Assembly: GCA_963718615.1 (NCBI GenBank)
Contig: OY970368.1
Location: 5,440,001-5,504,000, forward strand
Direction of reading: 5' to 3'
DNA: 64,000 nucleotides
From: an uncultured cyanobacterium
GTDB taxonomy: Bacteria; Cyanobacteriota; Cyanobacteriia; PCC-9006; JAAUQQ01
Shown: in pieces, positions 38,311 through 48,545 of the stretch
Numbering within the stretch: position 1 is the first letter of the stretch
Layout of the letters: the number at the start of each line of letters is the position of its first letter
Made by a program: the position numbers and the translations under genes
Notes under the pieces: generated by a model
Databases searched by the model: none
Told to the model about the DNA's origin: nothing
Seen by the model: only the letters and a program-made list of their open reading frames with translations

Positions 38311-38670
38311 TTACTCTTCAGTAATCGTGTAGACCCCACCCGCCAAACCACACAGATCCACATTGTAACGTTCCACTTCTGTACCATCACTGAGGACAGT
38401 CAGAAAATCATACTCACACACATCGCGGCTATCATTCACATTCACGTGAACACTTTCGTAAGGGCTCAGAGAATCACCAGCCAAAATATTATTTTCCCAA
38501 TCATCTAAACCCGAGGGAGAAGCGTAGAACTCAGCGATCGCATAGCTCGAATCATTATTCAAGACAAATCCCAAATCCTCTCCAGCAATTGTAACTTTCG
38601 CGGTGGAAATCAGGCCTAGGGCGATCGCAGTCGTTGCAGCAGTCAGGGTGAAGATTGTTTTTTTCAGCAT
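38311..38670 (-). CDS. Small secreted hypothetical protein
   Basis: Signal peptide; N.S...I.EFYASPS..DDWE.NIL, two Cys (CEYD, VDLC). Confidence 0.75.
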   Translation of the reverse strand: MLKKTIFTLTAATTAIALGLISTAKVTIAGEDLGFVLNNDSSYAIAEFYASPSGLDDWENNILAGDSLSPYESVHVNVNDSRDVCEYDFLTVLSDGTEVERYNVDLCGLAGGVYTITEE

Positions 38671-38868
38671 AGATGAAGAGATAGTATTTGGTGAGAAGCA
38701 GCAAGCCCTATGGCCATGATTAAGACTACATTTCTCTTTCTTTTCATTCCAGATAGAAGTGTTACTAAAATCGGCAATCCCATTTTTGTGAATTTCATAG
38801 CCTTAATGTTCTGGAATTTGGCATTATGGGCTTGTATGCCTCCCAAACGCCTCTAGGATCTGACCACC

Positions 38869-39825
38869 GTGGAAACCCCCGCTATCTGGACCAGCAACCT
38901 GACCAAACAGTTTGATAGCCATACCGCTGTTAGTCAGGTCAACCTCACCATTCATCCCGGCGAAGTCTACGGTCTCATTGGCCCCAATGGCGCGGGCAAA
39001 ACCACACTGCTGCGGATGTTAGCCACAGCGGAAGAACCCACCACGGGCGAGATTCAGATTTTTGGGGAACCCCTCCATCGTGACCGTGACAACCCGGCGG
39101 CCAAACGTCGACTTGGCTTTTTACCCGACGACTTTCCCCTCTACGACGACCTCAGCGTTTGGGACTATCTCGACTACTTTGCGCGGCTCTACTTTCTCAC
39201 CGAACCGCGACGGAGCCAGCGCCTCCATGAAGTCCTTGAATTGGTTCAGCTCACCGAAAAACGCGATAGCCTAATTTCCACCCTTTCTCGCGGCATGCGC
39301 CAACGGCTCAGTCTGGCCCGCACTGTCATTTACGAGCCCTCGCTGCTCCTCCTTGATGAGCCTGTTTCGGGTCTCGATCCCATTGCTCGGATCCAATTTC
39401 GCGATGCGGTGCGATCGCTCCAGATCAGCGGTATGACCATCATCATTTCCTCCCATATTCTCAGCGACCTCGACGAACTCTGCACCGCCATTGGCATCAT
39501 GCAACAGGGCCAGCTCGTGGAAAGTAGTAGCCTGACAGATCTCTATCAACGGTTGAGTGACCAACAGATTTTGATCCAAGCCCTCGAAGGAGCTGAAGCC
39601 ATTCAGCAACAGTTACAACGTTCTCCCTATGCTCAACAGATCACCGGAATTGAGCCTCTGCGGGACCAGCGGACGGTGGCGATGAAGTTTTCAGGGACCC
39701 AGGAAGAGGCGGCGGCGTTGTTGCGATCGCTCATCCAAGCCAACCTTTCCATCACCCAATTCCAACCCTCCCAAGAGGACCTTGAAAGTATCTTTTTGAA
39801 ATTGGGGTATCGGCAAACGGCCTAG
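38869..39825 (+). CDS. ABC transporter ATP-binding protein
   Basis: GPNGAGKT, LSRGMRQR, LLLDEP, SSH. Confidence 0.95.
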   Translation: METPAIWTSNLTKQFDSHTAVSQVNLTIHPGEVYGLIGPNGAGKTTLLRMLATAEEPTTGEIQIFGEPLHRDRDNPAAKRRLGFLPDDFPLYDDLSVWDYLDYFARLYFLTEPRRSQRLHEVLELVQLTEKRDSLISTLSRGMRQRLSLARTVIYEPSLLLLDEPVSGLDPIARIQFRDAVRSLQISGMTIIISSHILSDLDELCTAIGIMQQGQLVESSSLTDLYQRLSDQQILIQALEGAEAIQQQLQRSPYAQQITGIEPLRDQRTVAMKFSGTQEEAAALLRSLIQANLSITQFQPSQEDLESIFLKLGYRQTA

Positions 39826-39917
39826 ATCGAACGGCGGTTCGTCCCTACGGAAAATTTCCTGTTTCCTGCTTCTTGCTTCCTTATCCTTTCGTTTCTATCT
39901 TTCTTTTTTACTTTACT

Positions 39918-41564
39918 ATGACCTCTTTTCTGAACGCTTTGGGCGATCGCAATCCCCAACTTCTGCGGGAACTCAAAAGCCGCCTCAAATCCCGAGGTGT
40001 CGCCACCGCACTCATACTTTCGCTGATTGCACAACTGCTTCTACTGGCTTTTTTTCGAGCGGGGTTAGAAAGTAGCCCTTGGCGCTATTGCATGGATCAA
40101 ACGGCTGATATGTATAGTTCTTGCATGGCCGATGGCAAGATCCTTTGGGACTCAATCGACTGGTCCCGCTGGTGGTTAGAGATTTTTATTGTGATGAACT
40201 GGGCTATTCCCATCCTGTTAACTGGGTTGGGGATGTATTTCCTAATTGGGGATATCCAACAGGAAGAGCAGCGGGGAACGATGAACTTTATTCGATTGAG
40301 TCCACGCCGAAGCCAGAACATTTTTCTCGGCAAGCTATTGGGTGTACCAATTTTGATTTACTTCGGTATTGCTCTAGCCATTCCGCTGCACCTCATCGCA
40401 GCCATTGGAGCGGTTTCCCCAATAGGATTTGTGGCGAGCTATTATGGCTTGCTATTGTTAGATACGCTGTTGTTTTTTGCAGGGGCGATCGCGATCGGTA
40501 TGCTAGCCCCCAAAGCCGCAAAAGCCCAAGGTCAATCCCGATTAACAGGAGGCACAACCCTAGCGGTCCCGTTACTTTCGGTCTTAACCCTATTGCCTCA
40601 ACATCTGTTCATGCGGCGGTACACGGTGTGGCATCCCTATCGTAAATATATGTATGGCAGCACTTGGAACGATGATACATGGCAATGGTTTGGTTTGGCA
40701 TTAGGTAAAAGTCCCCTTGCAGCCCATGGTGTTCAATTCCTCGCAATTGGATTGCTGGGGTTTTGGATTTGGCAAATGCTGCATCGTGCCTATCAACGCC
40801 CGAGTGCGACACCCCTTAGCAAGCTAGATTGCTATGGTATTGCCCTATCATTAACACTGTTTTTATTAGGCTTTTTCTCACCTCTAAAAACATTGAGTTA
40901 TGAAACCGCAGGTCTAGGATTTCTGCTATTGATCTTACAAATGTGGTTGCTTTTTATTCTATTCTTGTGGATGCTGTTGCCCAGTCGACAAACGTTGTTG
41001 GACTGGCTTCACACCCGCCGGATGCAGCAACCGAATCAGCGATCGCCCCTTTTTCTAGAATGGTTAGTAGGAGAACAAAGCCCAGGAGTCCTAGCCCTTG
41101 GCCTGACCCTATGCATCATGGCGGCGCTGGGGGCGATTTGGTTAGCGTTTCTCCCAACTCCAACGGAAAGCTATCAACAATCCGCAGCAAGCGTTGGTCT
41201 TTGGATTATAGTCACGATTTTAATGATGTCGATTTATGGGCTCTTGGCACAGTCGATATTGTTTCTTAAGACGCCGAAACGCATGTCTTGGGCAATGGGG
41301 TCTGTAGCCTTAGCGATGTTGCTGCCGTTGCTCTCAGGTGCGATTCTGGCGCTGGGTAATCCTAGCGCAGAGATAGCGAAGCTCTGTTTCCTCTTCTCGC
41401 CCTTGCCTTGGCCAGTGCTACTGGAAAATAGCAGCAGTGGAGCGCCGATAGAGATGATTCTTGGGGCGATCGCCACACAAGTTTTACTGATTGTAGGGCT
41501 CTCAGTTCAGTTTGTTCGACAGCTGCATTCAATAGTCGATGAGCCACCTGCCCGAAATAGCTAA
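39918..41564 (+). CDS. ABC-2-type permease-like membrane protein
   Basis: NPQLLRELK, EEQRGTMNFIRLSP, GKLLGVP; about 12 TM segments. Confidence 0.8.
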   Translation: MTSFLNALGDRNPQLLRELKSRLKSRGVATALILSLIAQLLLLAFFRAGLESSPWRYCMDQTADMYSSCMADGKILWDSIDWSRWWLEIFIVMNWAIPILLTGLGMYFLIGDIQQEEQRGTMNFIRLSPRRSQNIFLGKLLGVPILIYFGIALAIPLHLIAAIGAVSPIGFVASYYGLLLLDTLLFFAGAIAIGMLAPKAAKAQGQSRLTGGTTLAVPLLSVLTLLPQHLFMRRYTVWHPYRKYMYGSTWNDDTWQWFGLALGKSPLAAHGVQFLAIGLLGFWIWQMLHRAYQRPSATPLSKLDCYGIALSLTLFLLGFFSPLKTLSYETAGLGFLLLILQMWLLFILFLWMLLPSRQTLLDWLHTRRMQQPNQRSPLFLEWLVGEQSPGVLALGLTLCIMAALGAIWLAFLPTPTESYQQSAASVGLWIIVTILMMSIYGLLAQSILFLKTPKRMSWAMGSVALAMLLPLLSGAILALGNPSAEIAKLCFLFSPLPWPVLLENSSSGAPIEMILGAIATQVLLIVGLSVQFVRQLHSIVDEPPARNS

Positions 41565-41906
41565 CCCGAAGCGCAAAGCCTATCCCAGCGACCTGAGTGA
41601 CCTGGAGTGGGAAAAGATAAAGCCGTATCTACCAGGACCCAAAGGGTTTGGACAATAATGCCCCATGACCTGCCGCCCAACGGCCTACAACTACTTCCAA
41701 AAATGGCAACGCAAATTTGAGCAACTCCCTCATCGTTGGATAGTAGAACGTAGTTTCGGCTGGCTCAATCGCTATCGTCGGATGAGCAAAGACTATGAAT
41801 TGCATACAGAATTTAGTGATGGCATGATCTACGGCGCTTTTATCCGCTTGATGTTGCGTCGCTTTGACAATTCCGCATCTTAAGCTTTTCCTTATAAATT
41901 AGCTCT
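41565..41906 (+). mobile_element. Internally deleted IS5-family (IS1031-like) element
   Basis: Fragments RKAYPSDLSDLEWE, MPHDLPP, YNYFQKWQR and RWIVERSFGWLNRYRRMSKDYE; right end TTATAAATTAGCTCT. Confidence 0.85.
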
Positions 41907-42020
41907 AACGCAGTTCCTAGTATCGTGATCTTTGGGGCGATCGCTCTCCAAGTGATACTCTTACTCTTGCTGTCCGGACAGCTCATGCAGCAACTTCGTC
42001 GCGCAAAACCCATCGACTAG
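41907..42020 (+). pseudogene. C-terminal remnant of a second, paralogous permease
   Basis: AVPSIVIFGAIALQVILLLLLSGQLMQQLRRAKPID* aligns with APIEMILGAIATQVLLIVGLSVQFVRQLH of the upstream permease. Confidence 0.55.
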
Positions 42021-42198
42021 CGAGTGCTCATAGTAGCAACTTTATGATCTTCACTTGGGACACCTACGGTGCTCATCGGCATAGCGTACAATTGAAGCTG
42101 TCAATAAAATATTGTAGAGTTTATTTCAGCTTCTTCAGGTTTTTACGTTGAAAGATTTTAAGTTCTACCATTAGCTGAAACTAGGACGCCGACAGACC

Positions 42199-43074
42199 AT
42201 GGTTAATCCAATAGATCAATCCAGCCTAGGCTACTCAGGTCGTTTGCCCAACCTTTTGATTATTGGTGCAATGAAAAGTGGAACCACCAGCCTATGCTAT
42301 TACCTTAATCTACATCCTGAGATTACCATGGCGCGAAAGAAGGAGGTGAATTTCTTTAGTGGCGATCGCCTAAACCCGAAAGATATTAATTGGTATTCCT
42401 TGCATTTTAATAAAAACACCAAAATCGCGGGAGAAGCATCTCCATCCTATACTAATTATCCCCTTAAGCCTGGTGTTGCTGAGCGGATTTTCAAACTCAT
42501 TCCGGATGTCAAGCTTATTTATATTCTTCGCGATCCTATAGATCGAATGATCTCCCAATACGTTCATCGCTATGCTGAAAATACTGAAAATAGAACGATT
42601 GAAGAAGTCTTCGAAAATCTAGATGATAATCCCTATATTCAAAGAAGTCAGTATGCAATGCAGCTAGACGAGTATTTATCCTACTTTCCGATGAGTAATA
42701 TTTTGATCACAACAGCAGAGGAGCTCAATGGCGATCGAGAACGAGTCCTTCGACAAATATTTAGTTTTCTAGAGGTCACAGCAGATTTTTATCATCCAAA
42801 GTTCGACAAAAAAATACATAGATCATCTTTTAAGCGACGCAAAACCGAGTTAGGTCTTGCCTTCTCAAAACGTCCTATTCCCCGAATGATTGCCCAGTTT
42901 CCATCTTACCTTCGCTATCCTATTCAAGAAGTGATGTATTATCCATTTTCTAGAAAAGTGGAGAGACCCAGGCTAAGTCCGACATTGCGAGAAAAAATTA
43001 CTAATTATCTCAAATTAGACGTTGAAAAGCTCAGAGAGCAAACCGGGAAAGACTTCTCGATGTGGAGTTTTTAA
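42199..43074 (+). CDS. PAPS-dependent sulfotransferase
   Basis: IIGAMKSGTTSL (5'-PSB loop), KEVNFF, GEASPSY, LRDPIDRMISQY (3'-PB). Confidence 0.92.
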   Translation: MVNPIDQSSLGYSGRLPNLLIIGAMKSGTTSLCYYLNLHPEITMARKKEVNFFSGDRLNPKDINWYSLHFNKNTKIAGEASPSYTNYPLKPGVAERIFKLIPDVKLIYILRDPIDRMISQYVHRYAENTENRTIEEVFENLDDNPYIQRSQYAMQLDEYLSYFPMSNILITTAEELNGDRERVLRQIFSFLEVTADFYHPKFDKKIHRSSFKRRKTELGLAFSKRPIPRMIAQFPSYLRYPIQEVMYYPFSRKVERPRLSPTLREKITNYLKLDVEKLREQTGKDFSMWSF

Positions 43075-43125
43075 CAGAATCCTTTTAAGCGATCTCTTTA
43101 AACGACCTTTGGAAACAGGTATTAT

Positions 43126-44673
43126 CTAGTATCCTCCGGGAGCAAAGGTAATTGTTTTTCTTCCCACTGGCGCATCTGCGGCGAAGGTCTTGGGTAACCA
43201 GTCTTGTAGTTTACGTTTTTGTGATTGGTACTGAATATTACTAGCCAGATTGTTCCATTCATCGGGGTCGGTTTGATGGTCATAAAACTCCTCAGTTCCA
43301 TCTTCATAGCGGATGAGTCGAAACTGCTCAGAGCGAGCACTGGCATGGTGTTGCCAAGTCATAACCGCAGGATAATTCCACTCAGCCAAGGGATTTTTTA
43401 GCAGTGGCATGAGACTGTGACCAGAAACCTGATTGGATACCTCTATCTGACACAGATCGGCAAGGGTTTTATAGAGATCAAGTAAGCTGACAGTGCGATC
43501 GCAGAACGCTCCACCCAACTGGTTGTTCGAGGATGAGGTTAGCAACTCTTGAGGAACAGAGATCAACAGAGGCACACGGGTTGCCTCTTCCCACAAGGTT
43601 CCCTTTCGCCAATGTAGTTTTTCTCCTAAATGCCAGCCGTGGTCTGACCAAATCACAACAATCGTATTTTGACTATGGGGACCTGCGTCTAGCGCATCTA
43701 AAACACGGCCCAGCATATCGTCAGAAAAATAAATAGAGGCCAAATATCCTTGAACAGCTTGACGAAACTGTTGATATTTAAGCACGTTAGCATGGTCTTT
43801 CTCCGGCTTAGCTAAAGCAATTCCTGAGGGAGGAATATCATCTAAATCGTTGGTTTTAAGGCGCGGAAGCTGAATTTTATCCAAGGGAAACGCATCGAAA
43901 TAACGCTGTGGTGCATAAAATGGTAAATGGGGTAAAAAGAAACCACAGGCTAGAAAGAAAGGGCGATCGCGCTCCTGTTGCAGTTGCCCAGACACCCAGT
44001 TTGCCACTTTTGCCTCGTGCATTTCTTCCACATCAACAGACAGTGCACCCCAATCAAACTGACCTGAGGGATCGGGAATACCGCTGACAGGACGCGTTTG
44101 AGGACGGGGACTCCAATCAAAAGTACCGGACCGAGCACGATTGACAAATAGTCCCCGAGAGACTTCAACCCGTGGATGAGACTCATCCCAACCATCGGAC
44201 TCGGGAAAACGACCGTGATAGATTTTTCCAGCTCCACCCACCCAATAGCCATTTTGGTGAAAGAGCTGAGGCAACGTTATGGCATTGGGCAACGCGGCAC
44301 GCCAGTCATGATGATTATCATAAACACCGGATAGATGACTAGGAACTCCGGTTAACACTGCGGAGCGGGAAGAATTGCAGGTGGGAGAGGAGCAATAGGC
44401 CCGTCGAAACAGCACACCACGCTGACTGAAGCGATCGAAGTTCGGTGTTTTCGCCTGAGGATGACCCCCTAAAACACCGACCCAGTCATTGAGATCGTCA
44501 ATGGAAATAAACAGTACATTGGGCTTTTGGCTAAGTCTTGCAGGATTAACTGAAAGATCAGTCGGATTTGGGCTTAATGCAGGAGAGCGAGACGTTCTTT
44601 CAGATTGACAACTTGTGATAAGTGCCGTCGCCGAGGAAGCTCCGGCTAACCAACAAAAGTCTCTACGTTTCAT
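43126..44673 (-). CDS. Formylglycine-type sulfatase (iduronate-sulfatase-like), Tat lipoprotein
   Basis: KRRDF Tat motif plus ITSC lipobox; PNVLFISIDDL, CNSSR..LTG, GKIYH, PH, SDHGWHLGEK. Confidence 0.9.
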   Translation of the reverse strand: MKRRDFCWLAGASSATALITSCQSERTSRSPALSPNPTDLSVNPARLSQKPNVLFISIDDLNDWVGVLGGHPQAKTPNFDRFSQRGVLFRRAYCSSPTCNSSRSAVLTGVPSHLSGVYDNHHDWRAALPNAITLPQLFHQNGYWVGGAGKIYHGRFPESDGWDESHPRVEVSRGLFVNRARSGTFDWSPRPQTRPVSGIPDPSGQFDWGALSVDVEEMHEAKVANWVSGQLQQERDRPFFLACGFFLPHLPFYAPQRYFDAFPLDKIQLPRLKTNDLDDIPPSGIALAKPEKDHANVLKYQQFRQAVQGYLASIYFSDDMLGRVLDALDAGPHSQNTIVVIWSDHGWHLGEKLHWRKGTLWEEATRVPLLISVPQELLTSSSNNQLGGAFCDRTVSLLDLYKTLADLCQIEVSNQVSGHSLMPLLKNPLAEWNYPAVMTWQHHASARSEQFRLIRYEDGTEEFYDHQTDPDEWNNLASNIQYQSQKRKLQDWLPKTFAADAPVGRKTITFAPGGY

Positions 44674-44678
44674 AAAAA

Positions 44679-45223
44679 TGAAGTGGACCCAATGGACTGA
44701 ACAGATTTGGAAGGAGAGTAAGCTCTAAATTCTTCCTGTTCGTGGCCTTGATTTAGAGACTGCTCTCAGCTACACCGTCAAAGTAAATCTCATCCGGTGT
44801 TTTATAATCCAGTGACTGATGCAATTTCAACTGATTATATCAGCTAAACCATTTCTTCACCTCCTGATTTAAGTGATTCCCAGTCTCAAAACGCTTCAGA
44901 TAAATCAGCTCATACTTCAGCGAGCGCCACAGCCTTTCAATGAAGATGTTGTCGTGACATCTTCCTCGTCCGTCCATACTCACCTGAGCTCCGGCTGTTT
45001 TCAACCTCTCGGTAAACGCCTTCGCAGTAAACTGAGACCCTTGGTCTGAATTGAAAATCTCAGGGCATCCATACTCCTGCAACGCCTCCTCCAAAGCCTC
45101 CAAACAGAACTGCACATCCATCGCGGTTCGAGATTCGCCAACTCAGCACCTTACGGCTATACCAGTCCATGATCACCACCAGTCAGAGCTTAGCTCCCTG
45201 TCCAGTTTTTGGGAACCATTCTA
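44679..45223 (-). mobile_element. Internally deleted, degenerate IS3-family element
   Basis: Integrase core IMDWYSRKVLSW / NSDQGSQFT / DNIFIERLWRSLKYE with a frameshift and a stop; imperfect terminal IRs TGAAGTGGACCC... and ...GGGAACCATTCTA. Confidence 0.82.
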
Positions 45224-45329
45224 ATTTTGACCGCCACCAACCCATCCTACAAATCATTCAGCCTTCCTACTTAGCGGGCTCGGGCTGTCAAAATAAAATA
45301 GTTCAGGGAATCTCAGAGAAAATCGCACC

Positions 45330-46133
45330 ATGAATTCATCGCCCATTGCCGTTGCTTTACTCCTCACAGGGTTACTCACGGTCGGTTGTCAGGGGAAAAA
45401 CGCGATCGATAACCCATCAGCGAATCCATCAGCGAATCCATTAGCGAATCCATCAGGCAATCCATTGGCTAACCAGCCATCCCCAGCAGCTATCGCTATC
45501 GACCCAACGCCAGCTTCTACAGAAACATCACCAGCAGCTCCATCTTCCACCACCAACCAGCCCACCAACCAACCCACCATCGCCACCCTCACCCGCATCG
45601 AGCAGGGCGATCTCCAGTGCTACCTCAGTCTCCGCGATGACCAGGGCAAGACCTACGAGGTCGGCGGCAGCTTTGAAATTTGTGACCAGCAATACCTCGA
45701 CCAAAGGGTCCAGCTCACCTACGCTCGCGCTACGATCAACGACTGCCAAAGCAACGAACCCTGCGGCAAGACCAAAGAGGTCATGCTCATCACAGCGATT
45801 CAACCGATTACAGATTCTTCAGAAAATTCAGCGAACTCAGGCGATCGCATCACCCTCAGCAACCGGAACTGGACCATTACCGTGGGCAATCGAGACTCCT
45901 GGTCTGGGGTGAATGGCACCGGCAATCTGAGCTACAAGGGCTGCGATGCCGATGGCAACTGTCTAGAACTGAGCGGCGGCACCATCACCTGCCGGGACGG
46001 GAAATGCATCAGCGGTTGGAAAAACGGCAACTACACCTACGCCCTTGTCTCCCCTATCACCGAAACCGGTGACGGCCCCACCCAGCTCCTCGTGCGCGAA
46101 GGGGATAAAGTCATTGTGGATGAGCAGCTCTAG
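45330..46133 (+). CDS. Hypothetical lipoprotein with low-complexity linker and two Cys-rich domains
   Basis: Lipobox TVGC; ANP repeats; eight further Cys. Confidence 0.75.
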   Translation: MNSSPIAVALLLTGLLTVGCQGKNAIDNPSANPSANPLANPSGNPLANQPSPAAIAIDPTPASTETSPAAPSSTTNQPTNQPTIATLTRIEQGDLQCYLSLRDDQGKTYEVGGSFEICDQQYLDQRVQLTYARATINDCQSNEPCGKTKEVMLITAIQPITDSSENSANSGDRITLSNRNWTITVGNRDSWSGVNGTGNLSYKGCDADGNCLELSGGTITCRDGKCISGWKNGNYTYALVSPITETGDGPTQLLVREGDKVIVDEQL

Positions 46134-46374
46134 GCCCAGTGATTCGCTGGATAAACCCGGTTCGTCATCAAAAATTGTGAAATCATTAAGCTACGATTTC
46201 GTTTTCTGAGGGAATTCCCCTAGAATCTCAATACATTCTTAGAGAGTTGCCCTTAGAGTGTAATCCCCGAGACGGTCTTCTAGGTGCTTTCCGGAGCACA
46301 CTGACAAAATCGGACCCCGTTTAGAATCTGTTTGAGTCGGCTGTAGTTATTGTTGGTTATTCCAGGGTCAATCC

Positions 46375-47619
46375 ATGACAAACTCTCCTGAGCCCCCGCA
46401 GCAACGCGATCGCAGAAATCCCCTAGATTTCGACGAATGGGTCGCCCTGTTGGTGGCCTTCGGTACCATTGGCGCGATTTTGTTTTGGAGCATGATGCGC
46501 CCCCAAGGCGGTACCTGGAACTGGGCCAAAGGTTTTGGGGCAAACAACAATCAAACCGGACTGGTGGGCAATGATGGCGCTGCCCAGATTGCAGCCGGTG
46601 GCAAAGGCTTAATGGCTGATTTGGGCCTGGGTGGAGAAGAGGTAGAACGCACCACAGGACCCATTGCTCAGCCCACCGTTAAAGGCGAAGCCGATGTCAA
46701 CGCTATCGATAACACGTTTATTGGACCCCAAGCCATTCCAGGGCGCAGACCCTCCGGTGCAGGGCTGGCGGCGGCAGGGGTAGCCGGTGCAGCTGCGGGG
46801 ATCGGCGCAACAGCCGGAGCTCCTGCCGCTGAAACTCCAGTAACTGAAACTCCGGCTCCCTTGAGTTCGGAGGCAGCGAGTCCGACCGCGATCGTGACAG
46901 AAACCCCCGCTGCCGTTGTCGCCCCTTCAACCGAGACCCCAGCCAGTCCAACGACGACCGCGACCGCGAGCCCGACCGAATCTCCGATTGTTGAGGCAAC
47001 GGACGCGCCGGAGTTAGGGCTGCCTGATATTCCTCAAAGCTCTTGGGTGTATCCCTTTGCGGCTTCGTTGAAGAAGGGCGATCGCCTCGGCGAACTCCCC
47101 AATGCGCAGAAATTTGACGTGGATGCCCCGGTCACCCGCGCCGAGTTTGCAACCTTAATTAGCCAAGGGGAGCAGGTGCAAGGGGACGCAGCGGCGGCAG
47201 CGAAGGAATTTGCTGATATCGGAGATACCTTCTGGGCTGCTTCGAGCATCGCGGGCGCTCAAGAGGCAGGCTTTATGAAAGGCTACACCGTACAAGGGGG
47301 TGGCAAAGTCTTTCGGCATGAGCAACAGATTCCTCGCTGGCAGGTGTTTGTGGCGATCGCCAGCGGTCTCCAACTCCAGCCCCCCACCGATGTGGATGCG
47401 GTTCTGAGCAAATTTGACACCGAAGGCATTCCCCAATGGGCCAGGGCTCAGGTGGCAGCAACGGTGAGTGAAGGCTTGGTGATTAATCCCAAGGACCAAA
47501 CCCAGTTAGAAGCTACCCGTCCGACCACCCGTGGTGAAGCGGCTGCCATGATTCAGCAGGTCCTGGAGCGGCAGAATAAGGTCGATAAGGTCGAGTCCAA
47601 AGTCACCGTCCAACCCTAG
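46375..47619 (+). CDS. Membrane-anchored S-layer homology (SLH) domain protein
   Basis: N-terminal TM helix (FDEWVALLVAF); TRAEFA, FADI..TFWA, TRGEAAA SLH motifs. Confidence 0.85.
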   Translation: MTNSPEPPQQRDRRNPLDFDEWVALLVAFGTIGAILFWSMMRPQGGTWNWAKGFGANNNQTGLVGNDGAAQIAAGGKGLMADLGLGGEEVERTTGPIAQPTVKGEADVNAIDNTFIGPQAIPGRRPSGAGLAAAGVAGAAAGIGATAGAPAAETPVTETPAPLSSEAASPTAIVTETPAAVVAPSTETPASPTTTATASPTESPIVEATDAPELGLPDIPQSSWVYPFAASLKKGDRLGELPNAQKFDVDAPVTRAEFATLISQGEQVQGDAAAAAKEFADIGDTFWAASSIAGAQEAGFMKGYTVQGGGKVFRHEQQIPRWQVFVAIASGLQLQPPTDVDAVLSKFDTEGIPQWARAQVAATVSEGLVINPKDQTQLEATRPTTRGEAAAMIQQVLERQNKVDKVESKVTVQP

Positions 47620-47636
47620 AATTCCCAACCCACCCC

Positions 47637-47706
47637 GTAGAAACCCAACAGGCTGAGCGTTTGTGCTAGGGCTTGTTGGGTTTCGCTTTGCTCAACGCCA
47701 ACCTAC
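47637..47706. repeat. GTAG-family REP doublet (partial REPIN)
   Basis: GTAGAAACCCAACA ... TGTTGGGTTTCGCTTTGCTCAACGCCAACCTAC. Confidence 0.7.
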
Positions 47707-48275
47707 GCGGGGGAGAGGGCGATCGCCTGTCGATAGATCGCTTCCAAATTCGCTGCAAGATCCTGGGACAACCGCTTCTCCACCACCTGCACCGGCATCG
47801 TCAGCTTCGGCAAAATGCTCAGACAGTAGGACAACCGTGTGTGGGGCTTACCATTCACCTCGATCGCCTCCAATGTCCAGGATCCCTTCATCATTTTGAA
47901 ATCCCCTTCAACCATGGCAAAAGAAATCGTGCTGGGATAGTTCTCTTCCATATCCAACACGACTCGGGCCGAGAAATTGAACTTATTGAAGACTTTTTGG
48001 GTGCCCACCTGCTCTAGACGAACCTTGTGATCCCCGTCGGGATGGGGAAGGCGACGGCTGACCGCGAGGTTGGGGATAATGTCTGCTAGGCGATCGTAAC
48101 TGGTCAAAATTCGCCACACCGGGTCCACGGAGCAGGGAATCTGAATCGAAGCGCACAGATCCCGCTGCCGCCCTTGGGCCTCCGTCTTTAGCTCAATGGG
48201 ACAAGACAAAGGGGGCAAATCTGGAGCGCCCGCCCAAGCCTTCTCTAAAATTGGATCATCTTTGAGGTTAGTCAC
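47703..48275 (-). CDS. SRPBCC/START-like (polyketide cyclase/dehydrase family) protein
   Basis: VWRILTSYDRLADIIPNL, FSARVVLD, MVEGDFK..KGSW. Confidence 0.85.
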   Translation of the reverse strand: MTNLKDDPILEKAWAGAPDLPPLSCPIELKTEAQGRQRDLCASIQIPCSVDPVWRILTSYDRLADIIPNLAVSRRLPHPDGDHKVRLEQVGTQKVFNKFNFSARVVLDMEENYPSTISFAMVEGDFKMMKGSWTLEAIEVNGKPHTRLSYCLSILPKLTMPVQVVEKRLSQDLAANLEAIYRQAIALSPA

Positions 48276-48545
48276 GGCACTTTAACCCAGGCTGAACGGT
48301 ATCAGTCTTCTTAAACATACCCCCACTTTCTACAAAATATCTAGGGCAACTTTGAAGATAACTGTGGCGATTTGAAGACAACTGTGGCGATTTAGCTCAG
48401 TAGCTCAGTTCCCTCACGGAGAGAGGCCCCCTATCCTCAGGCAATTTCCCAGATCAGGCTGTGCATGAAATTTAGCAAGCGGGAATAATGGCCATGGGTG
48501 CTAGATAGCGTTTCTTTGGCAAGAATGCCAGGCCAGGATGAGTGT

